From: Bacteroidales bacterium
GTDB lineage: Bacteria > Bacteroidota > Bacteroidia > Bacteroidales > PWNQ01
Direction of reading: 5' to 3'
DNA: 27,066 nt
Assembly: GCA_046484255.1 (NCBI GenBank)
Contig: JAWOBQ010000028.1
Location: 1 to 27,066 of the forward strand
Shown here piece by piece: positions 26,884 through 27,066 of this stretch. A program made the translations under genes and the position numbers. The stretch's first letter is position 1. Every line of letters starts with the position of its first letter. Under the pieces are notes generated by a model. That model had not been told where the DNA came from and did no database searches. It saw only the letters and a list, made by a program, of their open reading frames with translations.

Positions 26884-27066
26884 ATGCCAGCAAATCAGGA
26901 GAAATACACTGAAGAGATCATGCATACAGCTATGATCGCCAAAGCCTTGAGCCATCCTTTACGCTTATATATCTTAAAAAGGCTCAGCAAAATGAACACC
27001 TGTTGCTATAGCGGAGATATAGCTGAGCAGTTAAATATTGGTCGCTCTACCCTCTCCCAGCATCTG
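26884..27066 (+). CDS. ArsR/SmtB family transcriptional regulator (3'-truncated by window edge; not in ORF track)
   Basis: Translated by hand: MPANQEKYTEEIMHTAMIAKALSHPLRLYILKRLSKMNTCCYSGDIAEQLNIGRSTLSQHL, with KALSHPxR and STLSQHL HTH motifs. Confidence 0.92.
   Translation, partial: MPANQEKYTEEIMHTAMIAKALSHPLRLYILKRLSKMNTCCYSGDIAEQLNIGRSTLSQHL

Noticed and set aside
93-26955. Numerous 60-211-aa ORFs overlapping real genes (e.g. 3872-4312, 13992-14627, 17636-18070, 23883-24341, 23911-24417, 26042-26524, 26740-26955)
   Set aside because: They are antisense or alternate-frame shadows of well-supported genes or repeats, with no recognisable motifs.

Overview
Chromosomal, mostly housekeeping DNA from a Bacteroidota genome, probably an anaerobic Bacteroidales. 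This rests on TAnnTTTG promoter boxes, A-rich ribosome-binding regions and Bacteroidota-type gene families. Gene order: mutL 3' end, two rhomboid genes, a membrane-anchored EEP nuclease/phosphatase, uvrB; a Wzx-like flippase; a six-gene DUF134 / NifB-NifX (Orange-protein-like) / DUF5320 / paired Fe-S MinD-like ATPase cluster; a PAS hybrid histidine kinase; tricorn protease; a small hypothetical; ybaB/ebfC; a receiver-domain PEP/pyruvate-binding protein; a DUF4831-like lipoprotein; a sodium:solute symporter; recR; a DUF1573 protein; a DoxX/BT_3928-type membrane protein; and the start of an ArsR regulator. No rRNA, tRNA, CRISPR array or transposase was seen. The most unusual signals are non-coding. 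(1) A 540-bp insert splits the two ATPase genes and holds heptamer arrays plus a nest of three, possibly four, 32-39-nt hairpin elements; the two inner ones sit at the same CCCCG^TTGA site of their host with no target duplication. (2) A MITE family has four full copies (70-152 bp, 6-bp flanking direct repeats) and two solo ends; its long form carries a palindromic module related to the nested hairpins. (3) A 7-2-7 palindrome lies inside the promoter of the DUF134 cluster. All family assignments come from motif recognition, not database searches.
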